From: an uncultured virus (IMG/VR IMGVR_UViG_3300027229_000005) | Taxonomy: Duplodnaviria > Heunggongvirae > Uroviricota > Caudoviricetes | DNA length: 20,000 nt | Direction: 5' to 3' (one strand) | Virus record (IMG/VR): IMGVR_UViG_3300027229_000005 | Shown here: piece after piece, positions 1-8,906 of the stretch | Position numbering within the stretch: position 1 is the stretch's first letter | Layout: every line of letters starts with the position of its first letter | Program-made: the position numbers and the translations under genes | The notes under the pieces: model-generated | What the model saw: the letters and a program-made list of their open reading frames with translations, nothing else | Database searches by the model: none | What the model was told of the DNA's origin: nothing

Positions 1-1077
1 TCAGGCTCATCTGGCTCTTCAGGTACTGATGGTACTTCAGGCTCATCTGGTTCTTCAGGTTCTGATGGTACTTCAGGCTCATCTGGTTCTGATGGTACTT
101 CAGGTTCTTCAGGTACTGATGGTACTTCAGGCTCATCTGGTTCTTCAGGTACTGATGGTACTTCAGGTTCTTCAGGCACTGATGGTACTTCAGGTTCTGA
201 TGGTACTTCTGGTTCATCTGGTACAGATGGCGTTGGAGGTATTACACAGGCTGGAACTAACATTGATGTTTCGGGTTCTGGTACAGTTGCAGACCCTTAT
301 GTAATTAGTGCTTCTTCATTAGCAAGTGGATCTTCAGGTTCATCAGGTACTGATGGTACTTCGGGTTCTTCAGGTACAGACGGTACTTCGGGTTCTTCAG
401 GTACAGACGGTACTTCGGGTTCTTCAGGTACAGACGGTACTTCGGGTTCTTCAGGTACAGACGGTACTTCGGGTTCTTCAGGTACTTCAGGAGATAATGG
501 TACTTCAGGTTCATCAGGCACGGACGGCACATCAGGTTCATCTGGCACAGACGGTACATCGGGTTCTTCAGGTACAGACGGCACTTCAGGTTCATCAGGT
601 ACTGATGGCACTTCTGGTTCTTCAGGTACTTCAGGTGACAATGGTACTTCGGGTTCTTCAGGTACTTCAGGTGACAATGGTACTTCGGGTTCTTCAGGAA
701 CTGATGGTACTTCAGGATCATCAGGCACGGACGGTACTTCAGGTTCTTCAGGAACTGATGGTACTTCAGGTTCATCGGGTACTTCAGGTGACAATGGTAC
801 TTCGGGTTCTTCAGGTACTTCAGGTGACAATGGTACTTCGGGTTCTTCAGGAACTGATGGTACTTCAGGATCATCAGGCACAGACGGTACTTCAGGTTCT
901 TCAGGAACTGATGGTACTTCAGGTTCATCGGGTACTTCAGGTGACAATGGTACTTCGGGTTCTTCAGGTACTTCAGGTTCATCTGGCACGGACGGCACTT
1001 CTGGTTCTTCGGGTACTAATGGTACTTCAGGTTCTTCAGGTACAGATGGTACGTCAGGTTCTTCAGGTACTAATGGT
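1..1077 (+). repeat. Coding low-complexity 9/27/36-bp repeats (GGTACTTCA/GGTTCTTCA) with a 153-bp higher-order duplication
   Basis: Direct reading; GGAACTGATGGTACTTCAGGATCATCAGGCAC occurs at 697 and 850 (offset 153). Confidence 0.9.
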
Positions 1078-1638
1078 CTTGGAATTCCTTCAGGTGGTAC
1101 ATCAGGTCAAGCGCTTGTTAAAATTGACTCTAACCCATATAACGTACAGTGGTCTACTATCTCAGGAGGTTCTGGTTCAGGAACTAACAAGTATCTACTA
1201 AGACTTGAATATGATTCATCAAACCACCTAGTTAATAACACTACAGATAACAAGTTTGTTTCTGCAACTGGATTCTTGACTGCAAACGCATCAGTTGACT
1301 CAGTTTCAGTTAATACTTCAACGGCAATTTATACAGCTACAGTTTCATTCAATGAATCAAATCCACCACTTGCAATTCAGGTTCTTGCATGGGATCCTGC
1401 AACTTACAAGTATGAAGTTCACGCCTACAGAGTTGACGCTGCACTAGCTAAAATTGATTCTGCAGCTGCAAACTTCTCTACGTCTGGCACAAATCAACTT
1501 GTTCCAAACTTCTTAAATGGTGCATTTACAACATCAATGACACTTGACGTAAGAAAAGACTTTATTAAATACGGTAATAAATCAGGTTTGGGTTCTTCTG
1601 CAAGAAACGCTCACGCATACGTAATATTTGTATTCTAA
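1..1638 (+). CDS. 5'-truncated Gly-X-Y ([12 protein letters not shown]) repeat fibre protein with a C-terminal non-repetitive domain
   Basis: Frame +1 is open from base 1 ([14 protein letters not shown]...) to TAA at 1636-1638; the tracked 1276..1638 ORF is only its C-terminus. It contains fibre-type linkers ITQAGTNIDVSGSGTVADPYVIS (241-309) and GIPSGGTSGQALVKIDSNPYNVQW (1081-1152). Confidence 0.85.
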   Translation, partial: SGSSGSSGTDGTSGSSGSSGSDGTSGSSGSDGTSGSSGTDGTSGSSGSSGTDGTSGSSGTDGTSGSDGTSGSSGTDGVGGITQAGTNIDVSGSGTVADPYVISASSLASGSSGSSGTDGTSGSSGTDGTSGSSGTDGTSGSSGTDGTSGSSGTDGTSGSSGTSGDNGTSGSSGTDGTSGSSGTDGTSGSSGTDGTSGSSGTDGTSGSSGTSGDNGTSGSSGTSGDNGTSGSSGTDGTSGSSGTDGTSGSSGTDGTSGSSGTSGDNGTSGSSGTSGDNGTSGSSGTDGTSGSSGTDGTSGSSGTDGTSGSSGTSGDNGTSGSSGTSGSSGTDGTSGSSGTNGTSGSSGTDGTSGSSGTNGLGIPSGGTSGQALVKIDSNPYNVQWSTISGGSGSGTNKYLLRLEYDSSNHLVNNTTDNKFVSATGFLTANASVDSVSVNTSTAIYTATVSFNESNPPLAIQVLAWDPATYKYEVHAYRVDAALAKIDSAAANFSTSGTNQLVPNFLNGAFTTSMTLDVRKDFIKYGNKSGLGSSARNAHAYVIFVF

Positions 1639-1642
1639 GACT

Positions 1643-3589
1643 ATGGCAATCTACAATCCAACCAATCCACCCCTATTTCTATCCGGTAGAATCACATCTA
1701 TTAACGGTTTAGATCAGTATCCTTATGAGGATTCAACTGGCATTAAAGCAACCGGTGCATATTACACCTTTGAAATCACAGTTGATCAAGTAACTTCGCA
1801 ATCCATCGGTACTGCTAATTCTCGTTCAGGTAACGTTAAAGAGTACAATGGATTGGACATTAAGGCTGGAGATTGGGTTACAAGTGAAAATGGTCAGATT
1901 GTTCTAAAGATTGAATCAATCGAAACTAAATCCGAAACGTCTATTTCTTTTATCGCAAAAGACGTAGATATGATTGCGTATAAACTTTACGCTTCAAATT
2001 ATCTTACAACAAATTCTAAGCTAGCTTTCTTTGAAGTTTCAGATAACAATGTGCCTCTTCTAACTACTGGGGCAGTTCAATCTTTCTTTCCAACTCCAGC
2101 GTCAATGGATAAGATCCAAGGTCGCTTTGCAGCTGAAGAAGAAACAGAAAGATACAGATTTGAATTTTCAACTTCTCAAACAGGTTATAATTCAGGCGAC
2201 ATTATTACAGTTTCAGCTGAAGGCGAGTTTGTAAAGCTTGGAACTCCGGGTGCTGCAGAAGTTCCAGTTGGTTTGGTTCTTGAAAAGACAATGAATGACA
2301 CTGTAGTTTACATTAAGCCATTTAACACGTTAATTGATAACCACTCAAACCCTGAACTTCTTAATGGTAATGCTGGTGAAATCTACTACATGGACCCTAC
2401 AGTTCCTGGTGGAATCACAACAACTGCTTCAAGAGGAGCTAAAGCACTTTTCCTACAAGTTAAAGATCCAGTTCAAACTGAAGTTAGAGCTACTATTTCA
2501 AACTACTTACCGGGTTCTTCAGACATGATTATCTTTAATGAGATTCCAGTGTTTGATGGTTCTTCAGATGAAGTTTCAACAGTTCAAGATTTTGTTGACC
2601 TAATTAACGTATCAACTGATGATCACCATATCACAGCATCTAAAGAATCAGAGTTTTCATCTTTGCTTTCTAACGCATCTGTTGCAACTAATGGTGTATC
2701 AATCCTAGCGCTATCAGATAACACAGGCGCAAGTTACACCCAGATTGATGTAACAATCAGCGATGGTACAAATTCAACAACAGTTCTATTTGACCAAACA
2801 ACAGTAACTTCTCCAATCGCATATCCAGATGCACCGGAATACCTATTGGTTAATGCTCAGATCGCAGCTGATCTTTTTAACGCTGCTTTTCAAGCTGATG
2901 GCCTAGATCTTGAAGCAATCGCAATCATACCAGGAGACGGAGCTTACTCATCTACCTTTGGACAATTGAAGATTCAAGCTATTACATCAACGGCTTCAAT
3001 CTCTATCACAACAACTGACGTTGACGTTCTAGGAGATACATTCCTATCAGGTTTTGGTATCGCGGCTTCAGCCCCTGCAAACGGAGCTGACTTCTTGATT
3101 TTAACAAGACAAGATGGTGGAGATCTAATGATCACCGGTAATGGAACATATATCAACCAAAACGGTATCACATCTTCATCAGCGGGTTCTTCTGCAGTTC
3201 TTCTAATGCTAGAAGGCGTTAATGACGAACCAGAAACGGGAGTTAATGTATCAGTTGATAAAAACCAGGTTGTGGCTTCAACCACAACACACGATCACTA
3301 TGTGACAGGAATCAATATCGACTACACTCCATTCCAGGATAGCGATGTAATTGTTAAAATTAACGGTGTTGAAGTTAACATCGGAGATGGAGACAACGAA
3401 GATGATTGTTACTTTACAGATCCTACCCTTTCAGGTTACAATACTGATGGAAACGCAATGGTCGCCAAGCTGATTAAAGACATTGCATCCGGCGACGTAT
3501 TGATCTGGAACCCTACCTATGCAGGTTATGGACTAGATCCATCAGATGATATTGACGTTATTTACCAGGCTTCTTCTTACGACCTGTAA
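1643..3589 (+). CDS. Putative virion structural protein (648 aa, acidic, beta-rich); C-terminal domain paralogous to 10230-10988
   Basis: ATG at 1643 lies 4 nt after the upstream stop and is preferred to the TTG at 1628. The C-terminal TGINIDYTPFQDSDVIVKINGV...DCYF...AKLIKDIASGDVLIWN...DDIDVIY matches the 10230 protein. Confidence 0.75.
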   Translation: MAIYNPTNPPLFLSGRITSINGLDQYPYEDSTGIKATGAYYTFEITVDQVTSQSIGTANSRSGNVKEYNGLDIKAGDWVTSENGQIVLKIESIETKSETSISFIAKDVDMIAYKLYASNYLTTNSKLAFFEVSDNNVPLLTTGAVQSFFPTPASMDKIQGRFAAEEETERYRFEFSTSQTGYNSGDIITVSAEGEFVKLGTPGAAEVPVGLVLEKTMNDTVVYIKPFNTLIDNHSNPELLNGNAGEIYYMDPTVPGGITTTASRGAKALFLQVKDPVQTEVRATISNYLPGSSDMIIFNEIPVFDGSSDEVSTVQDFVDLINVSTDDHHITASKESEFSSLLSNASVATNGVSILALSDNTGASYTQIDVTISDGTNSTTVLFDQTTVTSPIAYPDAPEYLLVNAQIAADLFNAAFQADGLDLEAIAIIPGDGAYSSTFGQLKIQAITSTASISITTTDVDVLGDTFLSGFGIAASAPANGADFLILTRQDGGDLMITGNGTYINQNGITSSSAGSSAVLLMLEGVNDEPETGVNVSVDKNQVVASTTTHDHYVTGINIDYTPFQDSDVIVKINGVEVNIGDGDNEDDCYFTDPTLSGYNTDGNAMVAKLIKDIASGDVLIWNPTYAGYGLDPSDDIDVIYQASSYDL

Positions 3590-3630
3590 AAAAACGCATT
3601 TTTTCCAGAAAATATCACTATATTATATCA

Positions 3631-3660
3631 AAAAGGGAGCTAAACGCTCCCTTTTGTTTT
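3631..3660 (+). terminator. Intrinsic terminator, possibly bidirectional
   Basis: AAAAGGGAGC-TAAAC-GCTCCCTTTT followed by GTTTT, about 40 nt after the stop at 3589. Confidence 0.8.
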
Positions 3661-3669
3661 GATATATAG

Positions 3670-3700
3670 TCTTGAAGCTGGCACAAAGTCGGCTTCAAGA
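3670..3700 (+). promoter_or_regulatory. 5'-UTR RNA stem-loop directly after a GATATATAG motif (3661-3669)
   Basis: TCTTGAAGCTGGC-ACAAA-GTCGGCTTCAAGA forms a 13-bp stem with two G:U pairs and no following U-tract, 24 nt before ATG 3725. Confidence 0.55.
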
Positions 3701-3724
3701 ACAAAAAATACGAAAACCACATAC

Positions 3725-5716
3725 ATGGCACAAATTCGTTCAAAACAAATTTCAGATTTCTTAGCACAGGTTAACTGGGCAACTGTTAAGACAACTGAAA
3801 TCCCTAACGCATTCGACGTTGACGCAAGATTCGACACAGTAGAATCTGATCTAGTAGACGAAAGCGCTGCAAGAGGCGCCGCTGACTCGGCTCTATCTGC
3901 ATCTGTCGATTCTCTAGAAACTGCTCTATCTGCTGAGATTGAGGCTACTAACACTGATGTTACTGAACTTTACGCAGCTCTATCTGCTGAAGCTGACACA
4001 AGAGAAACTGAGATGAACACTCACCACGATGAGCACGTTAGTCTTATCACCGCTGAGTCTGGAAGAGCTATCGCTGCTGAAGGTTTCCTAGGCGCATCTG
4101 TTGATTCTCTAGAAGTTGCTGTTTCTATCGAATCTGAAAGAATCAATGCGATTCTTGACGGTTCTACAGTTGATCTAGACCAATTTGCAGAAGTTGTTTC
4201 TTACGTAAACGGTCTTGACCTTGTGAATGATAACTCATTCATCTCAAGAGAGACTTTCGTTGATGGTAGACTAAACAGACTAGACTCTTCAGTTGATTCT
4301 CTAGAATCTGCTCTAGCTGGCGAAATCGAAGCTACTAACGGCGACGTTACTGCAATCAATGCTTCTATCGACTCTCTAGAAAACAAGGCTGGTACTGACG
4401 TTTCAGCTCTTATCGCTTCTGTTGATTCTCTAGAAGGTGTTGACGCAGACCTACAACAGGCTATCAATTCTCTTGAAGAGAAGCACAATGATGAGATGAA
4501 CACTCACCACCTTGAGCACGTATCTCTAATTACAGCTGAAGAAGAAAGAGCTATCGCTGCTGAAGGTTTCCTAGGCGCATCTGTTGATTCTCTAGAGCTT
4601 GCTCTAGCGAACGAAATCGAAGCTACTAACACTGATGTTACTGCACTTTACGCAGCTATCGATGCTGAAGAAGGAAGAGCTGGCGCTGCTGAAGGTTTCC
4701 TAGGTGCTTCTGTTGACTCTCTAGAGCTTGCTCTAGCGAACGAAATCGAAGCTACTAACACTGATGTTACTGCACTTTACGCAGCTATCGATGCTGAAGA
4801 AGGAAGAGCTGGCGCTGCTGAAGGTTTCCTAGGTGCTTCTGTTGACTCTCTAGAGCTTGCTCTAGCGAACGAAATCGAAGCTACTAACACTGATGTTACT
4901 GCACTTTACGCAGCTATCAACACTGAGTCTGGAAGAGCAGGCGCTGCTGAAGGTTTCCTAGGCGCATCTGTTGATTCTCTAGAAGTTGCTGTTTCTATCG
5001 AATCTGAAAGAATTAACGCAATTCTTGACGGTTCTACAGTTGATCTAGACCAATTCGCAGAGGTTGTTTCTTACGTACAGGGTCTTGACCTTGTGAATGA
5101 TAACTCATTCATCTCAAGAGAGCTTTACGTTAACAACTACCTAACATCTCTAGACGCTTCAGTTGATTCTCTAGAATCTGCTCTAACTGGCGAAATCGAA
5201 GCTACTAACGACGACGTTACTGCAATCGGCGCTTCTATCGACTCTCTAGAACTTGCATTGAACAACGGTTCAGGCGCTCTAGTTGATTCAGTTGACTCTC
5301 TAGAGCTTGCTCTAGCAGCTGAAATCTCAACTACTAACGCTGAAGTTGCAGGTATTAACTTGTCAATTGACTCTCTAGAGCTTGCTCTAGCGAACGAAAT
5401 CGAAGCTACTAACGGCGACGTTCTAGCTATCATCGATTCAGTTGATTCTCTAGAGCTTGCTCTAACAGCTGAGACTAATTTAAGAATTTTCGGTGATACA
5501 TACGCTGAAGTTGAAGTTACTGGTATTACAGCTGCTGCTGGTCCAGTTGTTATTTCATCTCCAGTTCTATTCGCAGAAGGTTCTTTCGATACAGAAGTTT
5601 ACGTTAACGGTCTAAGAGTAGCATTTACTCAAATGAATCCTAATGATTTCGATCTAAACCTAGTTTATGCTATCGAAGCTTCTGACATCATCAGAATCGT
5701 TGGTGTTCAAGCTTAA
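3725..5716 (+). CDS. Repetitive acidic coiled-coil fibre protein (663 aa) with a small C-terminal beta domain
   Basis: The ATG at 3725 (MAQIRSKQI) is preferred because the tracked TTG 3659 extension overlaps a terminator and a hairpin. It has recurrent SVDSLE and ExxRAxAAE motifs and two AILDGSTVDLDQFAEVVSYV motifs resembling the 'LDTLxEIA' phage-fibre motif. The C-terminus reads VYVNGLR...DIIRIVG. Confidence 0.8.
   Translation: MAQIRSKQISDFLAQVNWATVKTTEIPNAFDVDARFDTVESDLVDESAARGAADSALSASVDSLETALSAEIEATNTDVTELYAALSAEADTRETEMNTHHDEHVSLITAESGRAIAAEGFLGASVDSLEVAVSIESERINAILDGSTVDLDQFAEVVSYVNGLDLVNDNSFISRETFVDGRLNRLDSSVDSLESALAGEIEATNGDVTAINASIDSLENKAGTDVSALIASVDSLEGVDADLQQAINSLEEKHNDEMNTHHLEHVSLITAEEERAIAAEGFLGASVDSLELALANEIEATNTDVTALYAAIDAEEGRAGAAEGFLGASVDSLELALANEIEATNTDVTALYAAIDAEEGRAGAAEGFLGASVDSLELALANEIEATNTDVTALYAAINTESGRAGAAEGFLGASVDSLEVAVSIESERINAILDGSTVDLDQFAEVVSYVQGLDLVNDNSFISRELYVNNYLTSLDASVDSLESALTGEIEATNDDVTAIGASIDSLELALNNGSGALVDSVDSLELALAAEISTTNAEVAGINLSIDSLELALANEIEATNGDVLAIIDSVDSLELALTAETNLRIFGDTYAEVEVTGITAAAGPVVISSPVLFAEGSFDTEVYVNGLRVAFTQMNPNDFDLNLVYAIEASDIIRIVGVQA
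4559..4985 (+). repeat. 129-bp (43-aa) near-perfect tandem repeat, about 3.3 copies
   Basis: GAAGGTTTCCTAGG begins at 4562, 4691, 4820 and 4949; unit AEGFLGASVDSLELALANEIEATNTDVTALYAAIDAEEGRAGA. Confidence 0.95.
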
Positions 5717-5750
5717 TTGAATAACAACCTTTAAGTGATTTAATTCACAG

Positions 5751-5779
5751 AGGGCTTCCCGCAAGGGAAGCCCTTTTTT
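5751..5779 (+). terminator. Rho-independent terminator
   Basis: AGGGCTTCCC-GCAA-GGGAAGCCCT is a perfect 10-bp stem with a GNRA loop, followed by a T-tract. Confidence 0.92.
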
Positions 5780-5826
5780 ATTGACGAATAAATAAAACAA
5801 AGCCAGTAAAAACACTTACAATATAG

Positions 5827-7017
5827 ATGAAGATAGGAATCACAATCGGTCTACAATCCGATTACGAAAGTATATGGATCAACGGTATTAAATTGAATGC
5901 CCTGCTCTTAGCAAATGCTCTAATGAAAATAGGCAAATATGAAGTTGTAATTCTCGATACTAGCCGAAAGGTAACAGATCTATCAAAGGTTTCATGGGAC
6001 GTTAATAAATTTCCAATCGAAGATTATTGGAAAGTATATCCAACCGTGGATATTTTAATAACACTTGGAACTTCTTTTCCAACTGAGATTTTAGATCAAT
6101 TCAGAAAATCAGGACCAAATAAGAAGGTTGTCAAATACATGTGCGGTAATTCTTATGTAATTGATATGGAGCGTTCTATTTTTAAAGAAGGTAATGATCT
6201 GGGTAAAGCACCATGGGATCCAGGAGCCGATCAATTATGGTACGTACCCCAACAGGGCTATCAAAATCATGAATACTATAAGGTTGCATTTAGAAATGAA
6301 AACGTTTTCCCAGTTCCTTTTGTATGGGATCCTATGTTTTTAGATATTGAGGTGCTTAGGGCAAGAATTAAAAAGACAAAAACGCCATACTACATTCCAG
6401 GTAAAGAAAACTCTGAAAAGCTTCTATCAGTATTTGAACCTAACTTAAACGTAGTCAAATATGCAATGATACCTATTATGATTGCAGAGAAAGCACTTAG
6501 AGAAGGTGTAGAATTTAAGAAAATGAATGTGGCGAGTGGACAAAGACTTCTTAAGAATGGATACTTTAAGTCAATGATTGCGACTATGGATATTGTCAAT
6601 GGCTCACAAGGTCCAAAGATTAGTTTCACATCACGATACCCCGTTACTCACTACTTAGCTAATGGAGCTGACGTTATAGTTTCACATCAGTGGGAAAACC
6701 CACTAAATTATTCTTATCTAGACGTGATGTACTTTGGATTTCCACTAGTTCACAATGCTGATATGATCAAGGATGCAGGGTACTACTATTCAGATTTCAA
6801 TGTCAATGAGGGATACAATCAATTAAAATATGCAATTGAAGAACACGATAATAATCTAGAAGAGTATAAGCTAAGAAATCAAAAGGTACTAGACAGATAC
6901 ACTGTCAAAAACCAAGATCTATTAGATACTTACGAGAAGTTAATCGAAAATCTCTTTGAAAAGGATAAACATCAATTAAGTTACAATTACAATTGGCAAA
7001 CTAATACATATTTCTAA
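5827..7017 (+). CDS. DUF2827-like protein, probable GT-B-fold glycosyltransferase
   Basis: Motifs MKIGIT...SIWINGI, YMCGNSYVIDME, VPFVWDP, FEPNLNVVK, DVIVSHQWENPLNYSYLD, PLVHN and GYYY, which I recognise as DUF2827-like. Glycosyltransferase activity is inferred. Confidence 0.7.
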   Translation: MKIGITIGLQSDYESIWINGIKLNALLLANALMKIGKYEVVILDTSRKVTDLSKVSWDVNKFPIEDYWKVYPTVDILITLGTSFPTEILDQFRKSGPNKKVVKYMCGNSYVIDMERSIFKEGNDLGKAPWDPGADQLWYVPQQGYQNHEYYKVAFRNENVFPVPFVWDPMFLDIEVLRARIKKTKTPYYIPGKENSEKLLSVFEPNLNVVKYAMIPIMIAEKALREGVEFKKMNVASGQRLLKNGYFKSMIATMDIVNGSQGPKISFTSRYPVTHYLANGADVIVSHQWENPLNYSYLDVMYFGFPLVHNADMIKDAGYYYSDFNVNEGYNQLKYAIEEHDNNLEEYKLRNQKVLDRYTVKNQDLLDTYEKLIENLFEKDKHQLSYNYNWQTNTYF

Positions 7018-7773
7018 ATGAAAATCAGCGTTATCATGATGAGCTACTTGGATGAATATCCAAATGCTAGAACCAATTCTATTCCAAAATTCAAAAGAGC
7101 TGTAAATTCTTTTTTAGAACAAGATTATGAAAATAAAGAATTGGTAATAGTAGCAGATGGATGTGACATAACTAAGAGCCTATATGAAAAGCATTTTTCA
7201 AAATACGATAATGTTAATTTAATTTGGGTTGAGAAATCAAAATCTAGATGGCCTGGAAAGATTAGACAATTAGGCATTTATTATTCAACAGGTGATTATA
7301 TTGCATATTTAGATGCAGACGATGTTATTATGCCTACTCATTTAAGCTCAATTTCAAAAGCAATTACTGAATCTAATGGTGCAAAGTTCTTGCTTAATAC
7401 CGGCGGATCTGTACCCATCATCATTGATGAACCCTATAAGTTTGAAAAAACTGGAATAATTGAAATAACTTCAAGCTTTAAGTTGGATATGCAAACTATT
7501 GAGAACAATGCTAAGGCCGGCAAAATTTACATTGTAGACCTGCCATTGTATGGCAAGTTAATGTTATACAAGTTAACATTTGAAGATCCTTCAGGCACAC
7601 ATCTTGTCGTCCATTCCAGAAATGTAAATTCAAAATGGAGCAGTATCGATGATCCAATGGGCGGTGAAGACAAAGTATTTATTGAGGAATTGAAAAAAGA
7701 ATACAAACCTTATATGTTCAAAGAGTATACATATATAGTCTGCCACTCTAAAATGAAAAATCATGACGTATAA
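7018..7773 (+). CDS. Glycosyltransferase family 2 (GT-A fold)
   Basis: KISVIM...SFLEQDYENKELVIVADG, GDYIAYLDADD (DxD motif) and GGED. The ATG abuts the upstream TAA (TAAATG). Confidence 0.9.
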   Translation: MKISVIMMSYLDEYPNARTNSIPKFKRAVNSFLEQDYENKELVIVADGCDITKSLYEKHFSKYDNVNLIWVEKSKSRWPGKIRQLGIYYSTGDYIAYLDADDVIMPTHLSSISKAITESNGAKFLLNTGGSVPIIIDEPYKFEKTGIIEITSSFKLDMQTIENNAKAGKIYIVDLPLYGKLMLYKLTFEDPSGTHLVVHSRNVNSKWSSIDDPMGGEDKVFIEELKKEYKPYMFKEYTYIVCHSKMKNHDV

Positions 7774-7775
7774 CC

Positions 7776-8906
7776 GTGAAAAACTATTTAGATCTATTAA
7801 ACGAGTTTAATAACACTCCAAAACCGGTTGAATCTGAAAAAACTCAGGAGATTCAAAAGCCTATTCCTCCTTCTCCAGTTCTAAGACCTAGACCCGAAAT
7901 TAAAAAGGTTGAATCCAAGCCAAAGATCGAAGATAAGAAAGTGGAACCTGCGCCTCCAAAGAAAAGTAGATTTGAACAAGCAAAGGAACAAATAGAAAAA
8001 GAAAAAACACTTCCAAGGCAAGAACCAACTCAAACTAAAATAGAGCCAACATCGCAGCCAACGATAAATGTTAAAACTTTTACAAGACCTATCATGAAAA
8101 AACCCGATCCAGCTCTAACACCCGCTCCAAAGGTTGAATCAAGAAAAGCTATTGATTATCCTAAAATCTCAATTATAATGCAGACTTATCTTGGAGATTA
8201 TCCAGGTTCTCGTATAAATTCTGAGCTTAAGTTTAAAAGAGCAATTGCAAGTTTCATTAAACAGACTTATGAAAATTGTGAGTTGATTATCGTTTCTGAT
8301 GGATGTAGTGTAACTCATAATTTATGGATCAATGAAATTCAAGGAATTAATCGCATCAAATATGCCTATGTAGATAAATCTGGATATGGCAATATGTATG
8401 AAAAAGATCAAACTGGAGAAAAGATCTATAGAGGAATTCCAAGAGCAGTGGGCGTAACTATCGCAACCGGTGATATTATTACATATTGTGACTCAGATGA
8501 TTTTATGCTTCCGTATTTTTGTGAAATGCTAGTTCTTCAACATCGTGCAAATCCAAATTCAGATTGGATGGTAAATTCAGCATGGTTTGATCATGAAGCA
8601 ATGATAACTTCATCCGCTGCTGCCGGAGAAGTCTTAAAATCTTATGAAAATGCTAGAGTCTTAAACTCTCCTTTTTCTAAAGATTATAAATTTGTTGAAT
8701 CAAGGGTTAAGGAAGGTTTTGTAGTTAATACACCTTGGTTGCTAGCTCACATGTCAAGTTGTGAAGTTAAATGGGAAGATTCTAAAGGAGGTGTTAGTGA
8801 AGATACGCTATTCGGTAGAAAGCTAAGATCTAAATATCCAACTGGCCACGTCTACTCAAGCCCAACGTATTTGAGATGTCACTATTCAGGCCTCTGGGAC
8901 GTTTAA
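7776..8906 (+). CDS. Glycosyltransferase family 2 with an approximately 125-aa Pro/Lys/Glu-rich N-terminal extension
   Basis: GTG start 2 nt after the previous stop; PKISIIMQTY...QTYENCELIIVSDG, GDIITYCDSDD and VSED motifs. Confidence 0.85.
   Translation: MKNYLDLLNEFNNTPKPVESEKTQEIQKPIPPSPVLRPRPEIKKVESKPKIEDKKVEPAPPKKSRFEQAKEQIEKEKTLPRQEPTQTKIEPTSQPTINVKTFTRPIMKKPDPALTPAPKVESRKAIDYPKISIIMQTYLGDYPGSRINSELKFKRAIASFIKQTYENCELIIVSDGCSVTHNLWINEIQGINRIKYAYVDKSGYGNMYEKDQTGEKIYRGIPRAVGVTIATGDIITYCDSDDFMLPYFCEMLVLQHRANPNSDWMVNSAWFDHEAMITSSAAAGEVLKSYENARVLNSPFSKDYKFVESRVKEGFVVNTPWLLAHMSSCEVKWEDSKGGVSEDTLFGRKLRSKYPTGHVYSSPTYLRCHYSGLWDV

Noticed and set aside
1..1077. Possible CRISPR array or non-coding satellite
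   Set aside because: There are no unique spacers, variation is concentrated at third codon positions, and the frame continues into a normal protein domain.
1276..3724. Tracked TTG starts at 1276, 1628 and 3659
   Set aside because: 1276 is internal to the frame open from base 1. 1628 overlaps the upstream gene while an ATG follows at 1643. 3659 overlaps a terminator and hairpin, while ATG 3725 gives the shared QIxxKQI N-terminus.
2334..6629. Short ORFs 2334-2528, 2974-3285, 3640-3954, 4201-4503, 5137-5433, 6161-6343 and 6390-6629
   Set aside because: They are nested in or antisense to longer, better-supported genes and carry no recognisable motifs.
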